A stretch of 64,000 nucleotides of DNA from Trypanosoma brucei (lineage: Eukaryota), in assembly GCA_000002445.1 (NCBI GenBank), contig CP000071.1:800001-864000 (forward strand). Direction: 5' to 3'. A model generated the notes under the pieces. That model saw only the letters and a program-made list of their open reading frames with translations. It did not search any database and was not told the DNA's origin. The position numbers and the translations under genes are program-made. Positions 23,301-33,371 of the stretch are shown one piece after another. Each line of letters opens with the position of its first letter. The stretch's first letter is position 1.

Positions 23301-26300
23301 CATGAACGCCCTTTTGTTAAGCTGTCGAGAACGGTCAAATGTTCTAGACTTTGTGTCCACGACTCTCGGCTGCATGCGGGAGCGATCCTTTGGTTCCATC
23401 ACCCTTATTGGTATGCTAAACATTTTCTCCAATGCGCTACATACAGCACTCAGAGAACAGGAGAGAGAAAGACTGAAACATGTTAGTGCTGAGAACTCGT
23501 CGGTGATCACCGACATTTTTACGGTGAGGAGTTTTGAAACCGACTATGCAAAGGAGAATGCGGGAAGGCTACTGCAGACGACGTTCAGTGATCTCGGTGC
23601 AACGCGCGCTATTGCGTCCCTCTGCGCAGTGGACGACCAGGTAGTGGCCTACAGTGCTGTACAACTCTGTGTTGGTCTCCTCGAGGGTGGTAATGAGCAT
23701 GCCCAGAAAGCCCTTCTCGCATATTTCCAAGAGCACCAAGAGAGATTCTTTCACAACATTCGAGACATGCTTCACAAAGCCGTGGATTGGGTGCAGTGTA
23801 CCAACGCAGAACACCAGATCGTTGTGCTTGAGAGGGGTGGAGTGGTTCCTAACGTATCCAACGCACACGAATTCACCCGCATGCTTCTGACAAACGCACT
23901 CACCACGCCCCCATCGCTCTACAGCAGTCTAAAAGTGAGGGTCGGACGCGGTACAGCGGTTGCAAGAAGACGACTTTCCGCGTGGGACCGAGCAGGCGGA
24001 AGTCTCAACCAACGTTTCGTTTGCACCCTATTTCGTATGCTCCAGCTCTTCTGTGAAGGGCACAACCTCAGTATGCAGAACTACATCCGCTCGCAGTACG
24101 ATAATTTGCATAGCGTAAATGCTGTGCATGAAGTAATGAACCTCATTACGGAAATAGCCGCTGTTGTCCACCCGGCCACCGTCCGGATGCTTCAGAGTGC
24201 ATTCGCGCTCCTAACTGAGCTGTGCCAAGGGCCATGTCATGAAAATCAAGAGGCCCTGCTGGGTTACGGTGTGTGTGTCGTTATCAGCAAGTTGCTCAGC
24301 CGCCTGAATTTGCCGGACGTGACGGGCACTCCATCCACTGGAACAGGCATTACAAACTGGGGCGGCGGTGACAGCAACAGTACTGATAACAAGGCTTCGG
24401 TCGACTGCTGCACCCTGAATGAAACAGATAGCGAAGGCAACGCTTTTTTACGTCTACAAGGCGGCTTTTTACTAAGCAAGGACGATGCTGGAAACCTCCG
24501 TATTGCACTCACACAATGCCTACTCTCGCTTATCGAGGGATGTCGTTCACGGGACGTATTCCACCAACTGCTGGAACAGATTCCAGTCGAAGTTATCGAG
24601 CGCGAGCTAACCACGGTGGACCCAGGGGCGTACGACAGCATTCTTGAAAATGAGGAACTGGCGAGTGACCCGGGTGTGGAGGCCCTCTTCAACTGGCTTA
24701 TTTTCCTGAAGACTGTCAGACCGTACGCGGAGGCCGATTACTTGAAACGGATTGATGCAATGCTTCAGCACACAAATAAACTATGCACTCGCCTCGGATT
24801 CATTGAAATACAACGTGCGGATGGAATGCTGGAGAAAGTGCTGTTCCGCATTCCACACGTCTGGCGCGGGTTGATGCGTAGGAATAGGAAGCAGATGCTG
24901 GCGGAAATTAACTGCAGCAGTCGTGCAGCGAAGCTCGGAGACTTTATGTACCACAGTGACAACGTGATCTTTGAAGTGGAACGTAGCTATGCATTCCAGT
25001 GCTGGGTAGAGCGCCGCACACGCTGGAGGTTGGACAACAGAAGTAGCGGTTGGAGAGGTAAAGAGTGTGATGCCGGCAAAGTCGATACTTCAGTCGACGC
25101 AGGCAAACCTAGGTGGACCCCAAAATGGAAACAATGCTCAGATGCGCCCAAATATTTCTGGAACCATTTCATTGCACCCGTACTGTTTTGCACACACCTC
25201 GGTTTTTACGAGTACAGCTCCCTCCTCGTCGCTGTGGTTTTGAACATTGCTTTGATCAACGGCGAGGGGCGTCATCGGAATCTGGAAGAATCCCAGCTCT
25301 GGGCTAACATCATATCTGGCCTGTGTGTCCTGCAGCTTGTGTTGTCTTTAATTGCAATAACTGTGGATACTATTGTCTTTTTCCCGGTGTCGCTGTACGT
25401 ACACTACCGCCAGAAACAGCAGCGGTTTTCCGGGCGGGCGAAGTTCAACGAAACATTGCAAGGGGTTTTACGTGGGTTGAGTGCGAAAGAAATCAGTTTA
25501 CTGCTTGTGACGCGCTTCAGTTTCCAATATCGCTTACTTTTGGTTGTCATGGCGGTTTTAAGCATCTTCGTTTCATATTACTTTGCTGCCGCACACCTTA
25601 CGCTTATGGTTTACACGTTTCCCACACTTCGTACCTTTGTTAGCGCCATCACGCACAATGGCCGACAGTTACTCCTAACGGCCCTGCTTGGTGTCATGGG
25701 ATTGTATCTTTTTGCCATCGCGGGCCGCATTATGTTCCCTGAGCAATTCGGAAGCAACGGTGAGGTCGACGAAAACTCGGGGAAGAAAAACGACGAAAAT
25801 GGAAACTGCGACACATTGCTGCGCTGTTTTACATTTATTCTGTGGCAGGGGCTGCGGCAGGGTGGTGGCGTCGGGGATGTCATGGATGAGGTATCATGGA
25901 ATAGCTCAACACTTGTACCACGGGTGAGCTACGATCTCATTTTCTTCGCTCTTGTAAATGTTGTCTTCCTCAACATCATGTTTGGTATCATAATTGACAC
26001 TTTCGGTGAGTTGCGCGACGACCGACGAGAGAGGGAAAACGAACTGAGGAGCACCTGCTTTATCTGCGGCCTAGACGCGGACACACTTGAAAAGGGCCAA
26101 GTGGGCGGTTTCAGGGCTCATGTGGAAGACGCACACAATATGTGGATGTACCTTTACTTTATTCACTACCTCCGTCATAAGGACCCGAACGAGTTTACTG
26201 GTCAAGAGTCGTACGTCCACGAGAAGATTCAAAGGAATGACCTCTCCTTCTTTCCGGAGGAAGACTGTCTTGCGTTACAAGAATGCAGGGAGGGCAACGG

Positions 26301-26652
26301 CAAGAGAACTGGAGATGACGAGGCTGATAGTGATGACGAGCTTGCGAGCAGCGTTGTGGTAGGGGGCAGTGCACCACGCGGACCAAAGCCTGAGAGTGCA
26401 CATCCCGATACCGGTGTGAAACTTGTGTTGAAGGAGCTGGCAGCTGTGCGTGAAGCTGTCAGTGCCCTTGCGCGGGAGGCCACAATGGAAGGGGAGCGGA
26501 CGAGGGGACTCGCCCAGCAGCTAGAGCTCATAAACCGCAGCAGCCAGAGCTCATCACTGCGGAAGTTTCCCGGCGGGGGCAGCGCAGCATCGGTTGCTGA
26601 GACGAGCACAAGCAAGGGGACGTGGTTGCGGCACTCCGAACCAGAACACTAA
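17353..26652 (+). CDS. IP3R: Inositol 1,4,5-trisphosphate receptor / RyR-family intracellular Ca2+ release channel
   Basis: 3099-aa ORF. C-terminal six-TM channel domain. Pore helix and selectivity filter ...CFTFILWQGLRQGGGVGDVMD (GGGVGD is IP3R-type; RyR has GGGIGD). S6 FFALVNVVFLNIMFGIIIDTFGELRD followed by the conserved C-terminal CFICGL..AH..H motif. The N-terminal region is compatible with suppressor/IP3-binding folds. The length matches my recollection of the T. brucei acidocalcisomal IP3R (3099 aa). Confidence 0.95.
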   Translation: MSQSRVPIRYGAFIHLSCDEGYVTAGGLGNEGLFIRNKNELSDDAEPLPLFGFETSVFQILPPTVAKVAAEEGLSKGNRAPNSNPLSDGVSNIYSTQQVTFGQLFVLVHAVSRLHVAALPSEPSERDPDCARLVLAPPGEIEQTFCQFIFTPRYTTHGEGDVVCRGDEVLVQLSSIPIFLQTTVVSPTRPVKHETFGSASFPYEPTDGCGRGNSWSAGTRMALSAVLGAPEVNLSEAKALVFVVERYDIDRDKAEHQRILHRIPRPCVSAGVPVIFYHLEHKRVLATSVAMPPCQGGGKIGVSGVAPRGNEGGGERDHLLKTRQTHSVMGNVTVICHASGRFAAAGSSKSQGSDSHSAGATSLDSDPCSTKGKAPDDRKRVNGVGGAALPLFAVDKGVADGTFSEEGALSGLQCSCTALWILENEQPTVGGAVNMNSGVYRLRQACSNLYVAVEGSAVDTILEGDGSPEGSVVSQRSCCNLTGDIVNEEGGDVVRPTTLSMIPPPRTPKDLQRTLFRLSPMFNTDCGYLIENDCLLLQNVATDMYLCTSEGSETLSLSWKPSNIDLIVVRRAATDVQDSVLFLWSQCETLSGYRDAFQVLTTEGTATHQQQTETDGEHGQGRYPSAEGSTSPTLMEGRMAIVSDYNHIPESFVRPSKTCPKGSNVGTGYASLLPVICACQRTLAELIIFCSISPERNVLRRDGIPIPNHQHMLVELCVHRLVIDVILAPFSKFGVRADRSVGKHAQCCGQWGCSSWLPPLPLSGGVVDVNDLLLKMHREIHIVCRLGFRLLRQMVRQAPELKAGFENYIPYFLAFDGYKLEVVDSLTRLFSENPAVRNSSLELVVNHYIAGLHLTRSGRYLQLLCSMCSVGTHGVTERQRLVCQKLLVENANALYSFVLDSGGEWAVKTDKDEPPIPCNILFSGQQQDGGEEEGTKLREYVQSELELLGALCLDGCPPLCREEVAKVFPSPVLLMALRNFSPKWPEVSDRSRVCDVVRSHLIRLAMHCYILPYIDDPAVQLREGAVLLGSSKLHLKVDEKTAFSGKPDSELTQAVKEGTLHVIRSNTHFVRSDTGRSILIRAALAAWLRFVSAHQVSATETACLVPLLLELLDSRDDEAHDGSSKIAEYTWTRLEVSEAGLLVVRAREMICQILLQILETATYRAANEINLLLHGILVTDHGASLAHQHDYCSLLRRADVSSTGDPFVTSPTERDALLWHKGKANDGNGNRCFGLNRRKGPSDYQSTVAGSAVTTQLSGSTKDVAAFLDYVKGICSCIVRPLRVDQLVPRLVDLAHHDGSQLAPYAMELLVRICTVRRSVARLVLQVHPFPSSEVIQCFDNMYFAAVQVRSSYIRGSVEEAIDVALQGIDGLSTQTQNEVTGTTNEGRVDDGGTDEYYNDLTEDDEEIEEIGICEEQEVEASSSSAPEDQHEVGGESKARRLWSKAAGAARIVVYRNAIIARRRSVGLSETSRVPLRVVVRAETVRHWQVHITMLEMYPFIGPSSPAFSKWMRFFYVFTLSQSNAESLKAYIDIFMGAFNLSSNCVVMGLHIVLSILATIKDPTPHLTDAFLRESARYIDGEIAALHPDGEFATKLGLHVFTKTTVGGIPRRRMLQLLRDYDAFRCLPSPGVTEKHGRGRFTACIVEMVCRICGTSMGAVALGRSALPVTHLLEITLSYGTSYTPLVEVPRPRALWESNSFHLLGAYLLALVSLYIAAGDAGGDGGRRQRQMEWMANRDWWSVVLLLSRQLKELTRLMQSRTETVLWRGRRILQRYRRLWLVNLPLALLTFMTECFNEAGFYRYRDVVGATFHEMCMSVAGFSEVLLASADAIRLQAREMVGYRRLVALLQVQTGNLVGHELLSGTMLTTRRNLRHGVICYYKKINEAEEEARGLHPDALLLAETGPQAENDGIQGGLIATADVPTHTQNDADDSSPMGLLISGAATKCLDAERLRGALRSLVNRDQLITMEDSTDLGEPAGIMNALLLSCRERSNVLDFVSTTLGCMRERSFGSITLIGMLNIFSNALHTALREQERERLKHVSAENSSVITDIFTVRSFETDYAKENAGRLLQTTFSDLGATRAIASLCAVDDQVVAYSAVQLCVGLLEGGNEHAQKALLAYFQEHQERFFHNIRDMLHKAVDWVQCTNAEHQIVVLERGGVVPNVSNAHEFTRMLLTNALTTPPSLYSSLKVRVGRGTAVARRRLSAWDRAGGSLNQRFVCTLFRMLQLFCEGHNLSMQNYIRSQYDNLHSVNAVHEVMNLITEIAAVVHPATVRMLQSAFALLTELCQGPCHENQEALLGYGVCVVISKLLSRLNLPDVTGTPSTGTGITNWGGGDSNSTDNKASVDCCTLNETDSEGNAFLRLQGGFLLSKDDAGNLRIALTQCLLSLIEGCRSRDVFHQLLEQIPVEVIERELTTVDPGAYDSILENEELASDPGVEALFNWLIFLKTVRPYAEADYLKRIDAMLQHTNKLCTRLGFIEIQRADGMLEKVLFRIPHVWRGLMRRNRKQMLAEINCSSRAAKLGDFMYHSDNVIFEVERSYAFQCWVERRTRWRLDNRSSGWRGKECDAGKVDTSVDAGKPRWTPKWKQCSDAPKYFWNHFIAPVLFCTHLGFYEYSSLLVAVVLNIALINGEGRHRNLEESQLWANIISGLCVLQLVLSLIAITVDTIVFFPVSLYVHYRQKQQRFSGRAKFNETLQGVLRGLSAKEISLLLVTRFSFQYRLLLVVMAVLSIFVSYYFAAAHLTLMVYTFPTLRTFVSAITHNGRQLLLTALLGVMGLYLFAIAGRIMFPEQFGSNGEVDENSGKKNDENGNCDTLLRCFTFILWQGLRQGGGVGDVMDEVSWNSSTLVPRVSYDLIFFALVNVVFLNIMFGIIIDTFGELRDDRRERENELRSTCFICGLDADTLEKGQVGGFRAHVEDAHNMWMYLYFIHYLRHKDPNEFTGQESYVHEKIQRNDLSFFPEEDCLALQECREGNGKRTGDDEADSDDELASSVVVGGSAPRGPKPESAHPDTGVKLVLKELAAVREAVSALAREATMEGERTRGLAQQLELINRSSQSSSLRKFPGGGSAASVAETSTSKGTWLRHSEPEH

Positions 26653-28597
26653 TTTACCGTGCTGGAAGAAGCTCACGGAGGAAAGCGATGACACGCGGTT
26701 CTTCAACTAGAGCTAAAGCACAGGTGTTTAGTCCTATACTCGAACAGAAGTATACACATAAATATATATATATATATTCATTGATATGTTCTTGATTCAC
26801 AAACATCCGGAATGTTACTGAGCCGATTTGACGCTGATAGTGGCGTGTTTCTATCGTTATTTTTTTTTCGTAAACAAGAAAAGTTGTTACCCATGATCGT
26901 GTGGGGTGCTGTAACGCACGTATAATCCCCAGCGGTGCATTCTATTATCGTTTATTTTGACCTTTTTTTCTGTTCCTTAAACCCCCCACGCGTACGTTGT
27001 TTGATCGGAAGGAATGAACAAGTGAGAAAGCAAAGTGTACATCTATGCGTTCGCCGCAACTTGCATTAATATTAGCTTGGTTACTTAACCGTTCGTATCA
27101 CTCTCCCTCACGTGCACTAATGTTTAGTCCCCTGCTTTAGGTTGATTTTTATTTTTTGTTACACATCAGTGGCCCTTTCTAACCTCGTACTTGACACGCG
27201 ACACATTACTGCGAGTGCTCTTCTTTTCTCGCTTGAGCAAGTGATGAGGTTTTTTCCCCCATCCCTTCAAGCAATCAACTCTATCTTCTTTTCTCATTAA
27301 CACGGCTGGCTATTCGGTGACATTCCAGCACCGAACAGTCAGTGATGTGATGTCGGGATCTTCTGTCGTACATATGCTGCATTTGAAGGTACTTTCCACA
27401 CCTGATTTCGTCACTGATGCCCAACTACCAGCAGACAGTTGGGAACCCCACGCAATCAGAAAGTAAGTGATGTACAGTTTCTTGTGGTCCACGGACTGCT
27501 TGGGAAGTGCCGGGTGAAATTTTTGGTCATAAAGACCAGCCTCTCGTACTACTTTCATAATGCCTGGCCCCATCGAGGTTCTGAATACAACGGGACTTGT
27601 GCTATGATGCGCCTCTCGGCGATAAGAGGACCACGTGGTGGGGGTTGCAGTTGAGCTCAAGTGGGGGTAAAAATGGTTCTGAGCCTCGTGTTCACGGTGA
27701 TTCTCAAGATTTGTAAATCCCATAAGTCTGGTATCACAGTTGGGACGCTTTTGTTGTTGTTTGTTGACAGATTGCCGTCGCACTATCACTGATGGATCTG
27801 CCTCTAGTATAACTGGATCAAATCCTTTGTCCTGTGCAAGATCTCCTTTAGTGGAACCTACGTGGGTACTCCGCCCCGAGAAGCGTCGCAGAAATACCGC
27901 AGGTTTGCACACTCATTCACAGTCCAGTATTTCCTGTCCCGGACCTCAGAGTCCCGGCGCGTTGCACTTGCAATATGTACCGAATCTGACCTTTCAGGGA
28001 CTTCGTTAGGTATTGGGCTCTTGCTGCTGAGACCAAAAGACTTGATGCTGCATGTTTAACGACGGCGGGTAGCCTTCTGTGGTCCGCGATACTATTCAAT
28101 GCTAGTGATTAGGTGTTCTTTACTCTTGTGCTCCCCCCTCCTTCGTCGCGGCACCGTGGTAAAAGTATCGGCGGGCGTACTGCTTTCACTGGTGGTCGCT
28201 GTTGCCGTTGTTACATTTGCTCCCCTACAAGCGCTAATACCCTTTTGTTGTTGTTCTTTTCCTGTTTATCTTGGTGTTCCATACGAATACATACGTGCGG
28301 TAAAGAATAGTTTCAACTCAGTCGACTTCTTCACGGCGGTCCGCATATACGTACACGTGTACGCTCCATCTCGTCAACGCACAGAGGCAACACAAAAGGA
28401 AGAGCACTTGCGCAAGGAAACAAAGAGGAAAGAAGGTTCAAAGCAGTCAGTTGATATACATACGTATATACAGTTTGCGCGGTACAACGGACAGTGAAAC
28501 AAAGGGGATCTTGCTCGTTTTGGCCGATTTGTTTTTGTACTCGCCGAAACTCCGTCTTGCTGCATCTCTTTGTAAGTTGTTGACAAACATCTGTAAG

Positions 28598-29518
28598 ATG
28601 GGAGACTCGATATCACCTTCGGAATTACTTCCAGGGCACGCTGGGGAAGAACATTTCTTATCACTTGAAGAAGGAACGACTCCGCAGGTCCACCGGCAGG
28701 AAGTGACTACAGATGCAATGACAAACCTTCAACGGCGTAACGTTTATGTCTCTGGCCTCCCGGAAACGTACCGTGCTTCCGAGTTTCGTGATCTGTGTCA
28801 GTCGTTCGGTCGGGTGGAGGCGTCGAAACTCTGCGTTGACAGTAAGTGCCGGCCGGCGAAGGGTTATGGTTTTGCACTTTTCTTCGAGGAGGAGGACGCA
28901 TTGAAGTGCATCGAAGGACTTAACGGCCGAGTGCTTATGGGCGGCCGACCGTTGCAAGCACGAATAGCAGACGCCGCTGCAGCGCCCGCGCCACTGGACC
29001 CATCAATAGCCCACCCGCCCATTAGCCGCACGCGTCAGGGAATGAAAAGTCACCACCGACAGCTTGGCGCAAGCATCAGCAGCGGAAGCGGTCCTCTCGA
29101 CAGCTCCATCGTTCTCGGGCGGAGCATGTCCTTTTCCTCTCGAGATGATCTTACAGGCTCACAACTCGGGCTCGCAACAGCACTCATCCCGGGAACCGGA
29201 ACCCCATCGGCCCCGACAGCTCTGCACGCACCGATGCAAGCGCCAATTCACGGTGCAGGGGTCACACAACCACCAGGGGCCGTTGGTTACTCACTCGCGC
29301 CGTTCCCTGTGCCTGGTGGCTACATGCCTGTTGGGCACTCCTTCATTCCGCAACAAACTGTTGGCATGCCTCTATTTGTGACTATGCCACAAACCGCGCC
29401 CGTCTCCACTACTGTTGCACAGCAGGTCGTCGTCCCGACGACAGCAATTGTCGCACCGAACGGCTATACACCACAGCTTTGTTCATCGCTGGTGTATCCT
29501 CCGGTTCGAATGGAGTGA
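28598..29518 (+). CDS. RBP10: Single-RRM RNA-binding protein, candidate RBP10 ortholog. The ORF is open from 28451, but the start is taken at the Met at 28598, giving 306 aa.
   Basis: RRM with RNP2 VYVSGL and RNP1 KGYGFALF. C-terminal low-complexity Q/P/A-rich tail. It lies immediately downstream of the IP3R gene and is followed by a multi-kb low-complexity 3' region, which matches what I recall of T. brucei RBP10 (306 aa, ~7 kb 3' UTR). The ortholog assignment is from memory and unverified. Confidence 0.8.
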   Translation: MGDSISPSELLPGHAGEEHFLSLEEGTTPQVHRQEVTTDAMTNLQRRNVYVSGLPETYRASEFRDLCQSFGRVEASKLCVDSKCRPAKGYGFALFFEEEDALKCIEGLNGRVLMGGRPLQARIADAAAAPAPLDPSIAHPPISRTRQGMKSHHRQLGASISSGSGPLDSSIVLGRSMSFSSRDDLTGSQLGLATALIPGTGTPSAPTALHAPMQAPIHGAGVTQPPGAVGYSLAPFPVPGGYMPVGHSFIPQQTVGMPLFVTMPQTAPVSTTVAQQVVVPTTAIVAPNGYTPQLCSSLVYPPVRME

Positions 29519-30970
29519 TGGCACAGAGGGTAACGAAGTAGGAATTTTTGCCGCCAGCTGAGGTCGTTTACCTTGGGTTGGCTGTCATGGAGATAGGGAA
29601 GAGAGAAGCAACATCGCGTGCAAGGAAAAACGAACAGAAGAATCGATCCCTCCCCCCTCCATGAGTCCTTCTTCGTTTATAATTTCGGCTGTTGTTTTTG
29701 CTGTCACCTTTTTTTTTCTTCCTTCTCGTTCGCCACACCCTCTCCTCAACCTCCTTTACCTCCATGGATCTCTCGGCAGCAGTCCCCCTCCCCTCATTCC
29801 CCTCATGTTTTGGTGGTCGCCTTATTGGCACCTCTTTTCGTCATTTTTTCCCCCCACTTGCTGCAGTTCAAGGCGTATTTGTGGGGAGAGTAAAGAACAT
29901 AAGTGAAATCTGAAAACAATAGAAAAGAGAGATGAATTAATTAATGAATGAATGGGAGAAATAAGGAGGAGAGGTGGTGGAGAGCTGGGGAACTGTAATG
30001 AAGAAGAAAAAAAAGAAGAACGAGGGAAAGGTAGATTCAGTGGGGGAGACAAAACAGTGAAGAAGAATCTGGCGGAAAGCAACAATAAGTGTGAAAATGA
30101 GAACGAAGGTGTGAATGATTCTTCAGTTTAAGAAACCACACGTGAAGAAGGACAGAATATATAAATAAATATATCTATTTATATGTTGATGTCTCAGAAG
30201 AAAAAAAGCAAAGGAGGGGAGATAGAAGAGGTTTAAAGGGAGGAAGGAAGACAGGCCCTGAAACCAATAAAACAAAATAAATAAATAAAGAAACGCGAAA
30301 TCAAAACTGAAAATGCGAAAAAAAAAACGAAGAACAAGAAGGGTGCAATGAAGGAATGAACTCCACAGAGAGAATACCCGTTCAAACATTCTTTTCTTCG
30401 TTTTTCCCCTCCTCCTCTCCCCGACGCAACCGCCCCCCTTTTTTTTCTATAATTGGCTCTTCTGACCCACACCCCCTCACTTTCCTTCTCAAAGAACGGC
30501 ATCTTGTTTTCCCACCCTTTATTATTGTTAATTTCTTTTTTCGCTTTACTATTATTATTATTATTTACCACCCCATCACCGTTACTTTTAGTTGTTTTTT
30601 TTTTTTTTATGCCTCTCTCCTTTCATTTTTTTGCGCTTTTGCTCCTCCTTATTGGTTATGTAGAGCGATTTATATAAATCTAATATATATATATATATAT
30701 ATATTTGTATTCATATATTTTATGTCTTATATACATAACTACTTTCGCGCAGAAAAGGGAAAGAGGAAAGGAGAAGAAGGGGGAAAATAGAAAGCCCATG
30801 CACATATATATATATATATATTTATTTATTTGTTTATTTATTTATATATATATATATATGTATTCTTTGTACCTCCCTTTCGTTTTTACTTTGTTTTTTG
30901 TTTTACCTTTTTTTTGTTTCTACTTTGTTTCTTGTTTTGTTTACTGTTAGTCACTCCTTACTATTTTTAC

Positions 30971-31110
30971 CGCCTCTATTATTATCACTATTATTATTAT
31001 TATTATTACTATTATTATTCCTATTATTATTATTATTATTCCTATTATTATTATTATTATTATTCCTATTATTATTATTATTCCTATTACTACTGCTATT
31101 ATTATTGTTA
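30971..31110. repeat. Imperfect (TTA)n/(TAT)n microsatellite punctuated by CC (cctattattattatt... x4-5)
   Basis: Direct reading of the sequence. Confidence 0.9.
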
Positions 31111-33336
31111 TTTCTGGGGCTACTGCAGTGCTTTCCCTTTCTTTTTCTTTGGGTGTTCGCGTGGTTGAGATTGTGATGTGACTTCTGTTTGCTGACGATT
31201 GTTTGTTTCTATTTGATTGTGCCGGTGTCTGTTTTCCCCCACCCCCGTGATGTCACGAAGAAAAACAAAAATTAAATTGAAAAGTTTTTACTTCTCCTCG
31301 TCCAAAGCAATTGCTCTCCTCCTTCCTTTTCTCCACACGCGCGCACGTACGTAGTGAACTAATCAAAGAGTGAAGAAATAAAAATAAAAACACGCGTCGT
31401 GTTGTGGATCCCTTTTTCGGATCCAATTTGCGCTATTGCTTTTTTTTGTTAGTATTATTGTTTTGTGCTTTTTTTTTTCTTTTTCTGTGTGTGTAATATG
31501 ATTTTGTCGCTTTTCATTCAGCGGAAGCAGACAGTAAAGTTATGGGCTCATATGCTTGCATGTGCATTCCATCCGATATTGCGCGGGAGTTGTTGTTTTG
31601 TTTTGTTTTTCACACCTTCGTCCCTTTTTTTTTTCTTTTTGGTTTTTATTGTTTGTATATATTTTCATATTTATGTACATATATTAGGAGCAAATGCATG
31701 CGTGTTTGTGCTTTAACGCCCATGTGTGCGCCCCTTGGCTTGCTTTCCCACAAATACCCTTTCGAAACGCCTTACGGAAGCGGGGACAATATAATTAAGA
31801 AGAAAGGGAGATGGGGGGGAAAAAAAAAAGAGAAAGAGAAAGAGAAACACCGGCTCGTAGACATGAGGAGAGGAATCAAAAAAAAGACAATGAAATGAAA
31901 TAAAGTTAAGTGAAGTGAATTGAAACGAGGTAAGAATTTAAGAAGTTAAGAAAGCTGGTGACCCGCCGTCGCTTTTCTACTTCATTCCACTCTTTTTTTT
32001 TCTTCTTTTCTTTTTTTTCCCATCCTTTTCCTTTTTTTTTGCTAGTTTTTGATCCGCTTTGCCTTTGCATCTTATCTTTCCATTGCTCCCACTTTTTTTT
32101 TATTGTTTCTTTTTTTTTCCCCCTGTTGTTGTCACCATTATTATGTCATGTTATGTCATCGGTACTACGACAGTTGCATTATGATAGTTATTATTTTTGT
32201 TCTTTCTTTTTTGTTCTCGTTTTGTGACGTTGATGTTTGGTTTCATTTTTATTTTTGCGGTTACCTTTTTGTTTTTATTCGCTTTTTTTTTCCTTTTTGG
32301 TTTATTTATTTGTACTTGGTGAAAAGGAAAAAAAACAAAAAATATATATATATATAGATACAGAAGCAGAGGAAGAGAGAAAGAGAGAATGAATGAATGA
32401 ATGAATACGATGAAGAAGATATTGGAATAGAGGTGGAAAGGGAGGGGGAAAAAAAAAAAAGAGGAAAGGGTGACGCGGTTGAGTTGACGGTAAACAAAAC
32501 AGAAACGATAAGAAAAATAATGCACAAAATTCTTCCCCTTCTGTTCCTGTTTTTCGTTTCTTTGTTTGTTTTGTTTTGTTTCGTCTTCTGTTTGGTACCG
32601 CATCACCCGTTACCATGGCCCTCAATATGTCTTTATTATCATTATTATTATTATTATTATTATTACTATCCGTTACTGTTATCCTTCATTGGCATGATGT
32701 TTTTCCGCCGATATTTCACATCTTTTCATTGACTCTTATTATTTTTCACTTCATCCATGCCGACTCTGCAGTACTTGTAGAAATTTCATTGAAACAGTAT
32801 TTTGACGAAAAGGAAGCAAGAAAGTTAAAAATTAATGTAATGTAATGCAATGCAATGTAATGTAATGTAATAAAAAAGTAATAACAATGACAAACCTAAT
32901 AACTATCATAATTATAAGAGAAATTGAAAGAAAGGACAAGGTAGGGTGGAAAAGGAAGCAAAAGAGGGAGAAGGGGGTGAAAAAAAAAATTAATTGTTTA
33001 AGGCTTGAGAAGGGAAAACGGCACTGTAGTAGAGAATGAGAAGGAATAAAAATAAGTGCGTGAGTAAATGGATGAATCAACAACTAAGTGAATGAGCATT
33101 TTCATGTACACAAAAAAAAAAATGAAAAGACGTGTTTGACTCACAAAGGGGAGGAAGAATAGCATGAAAGGTAAATATTTGTGTCAGAATAAAAAAGAAA
33201 CTAAGAATAAAAAAGAAATAATAACAATAATAAAGTGAGGCAGAAAATGATGTTTCCACACCATTGGGATTGTTAAATGTTGCGATTTGGAGAGGAGGGA
33301 ACGCGTGTTGACTGACGTGGTGATGAAAATTTTTTT

Positions 33337-33371
33337 GTTTTGTTTTGTTTTGTTTTGTTTTGTTTTGTTTG
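33337..33371. repeat. (GTTTT)7 pentanucleotide microsatellite. A related (CTGTTTT)3 lies at ~33478-33512.
   Basis: Direct reading of the sequence. Confidence 0.9.
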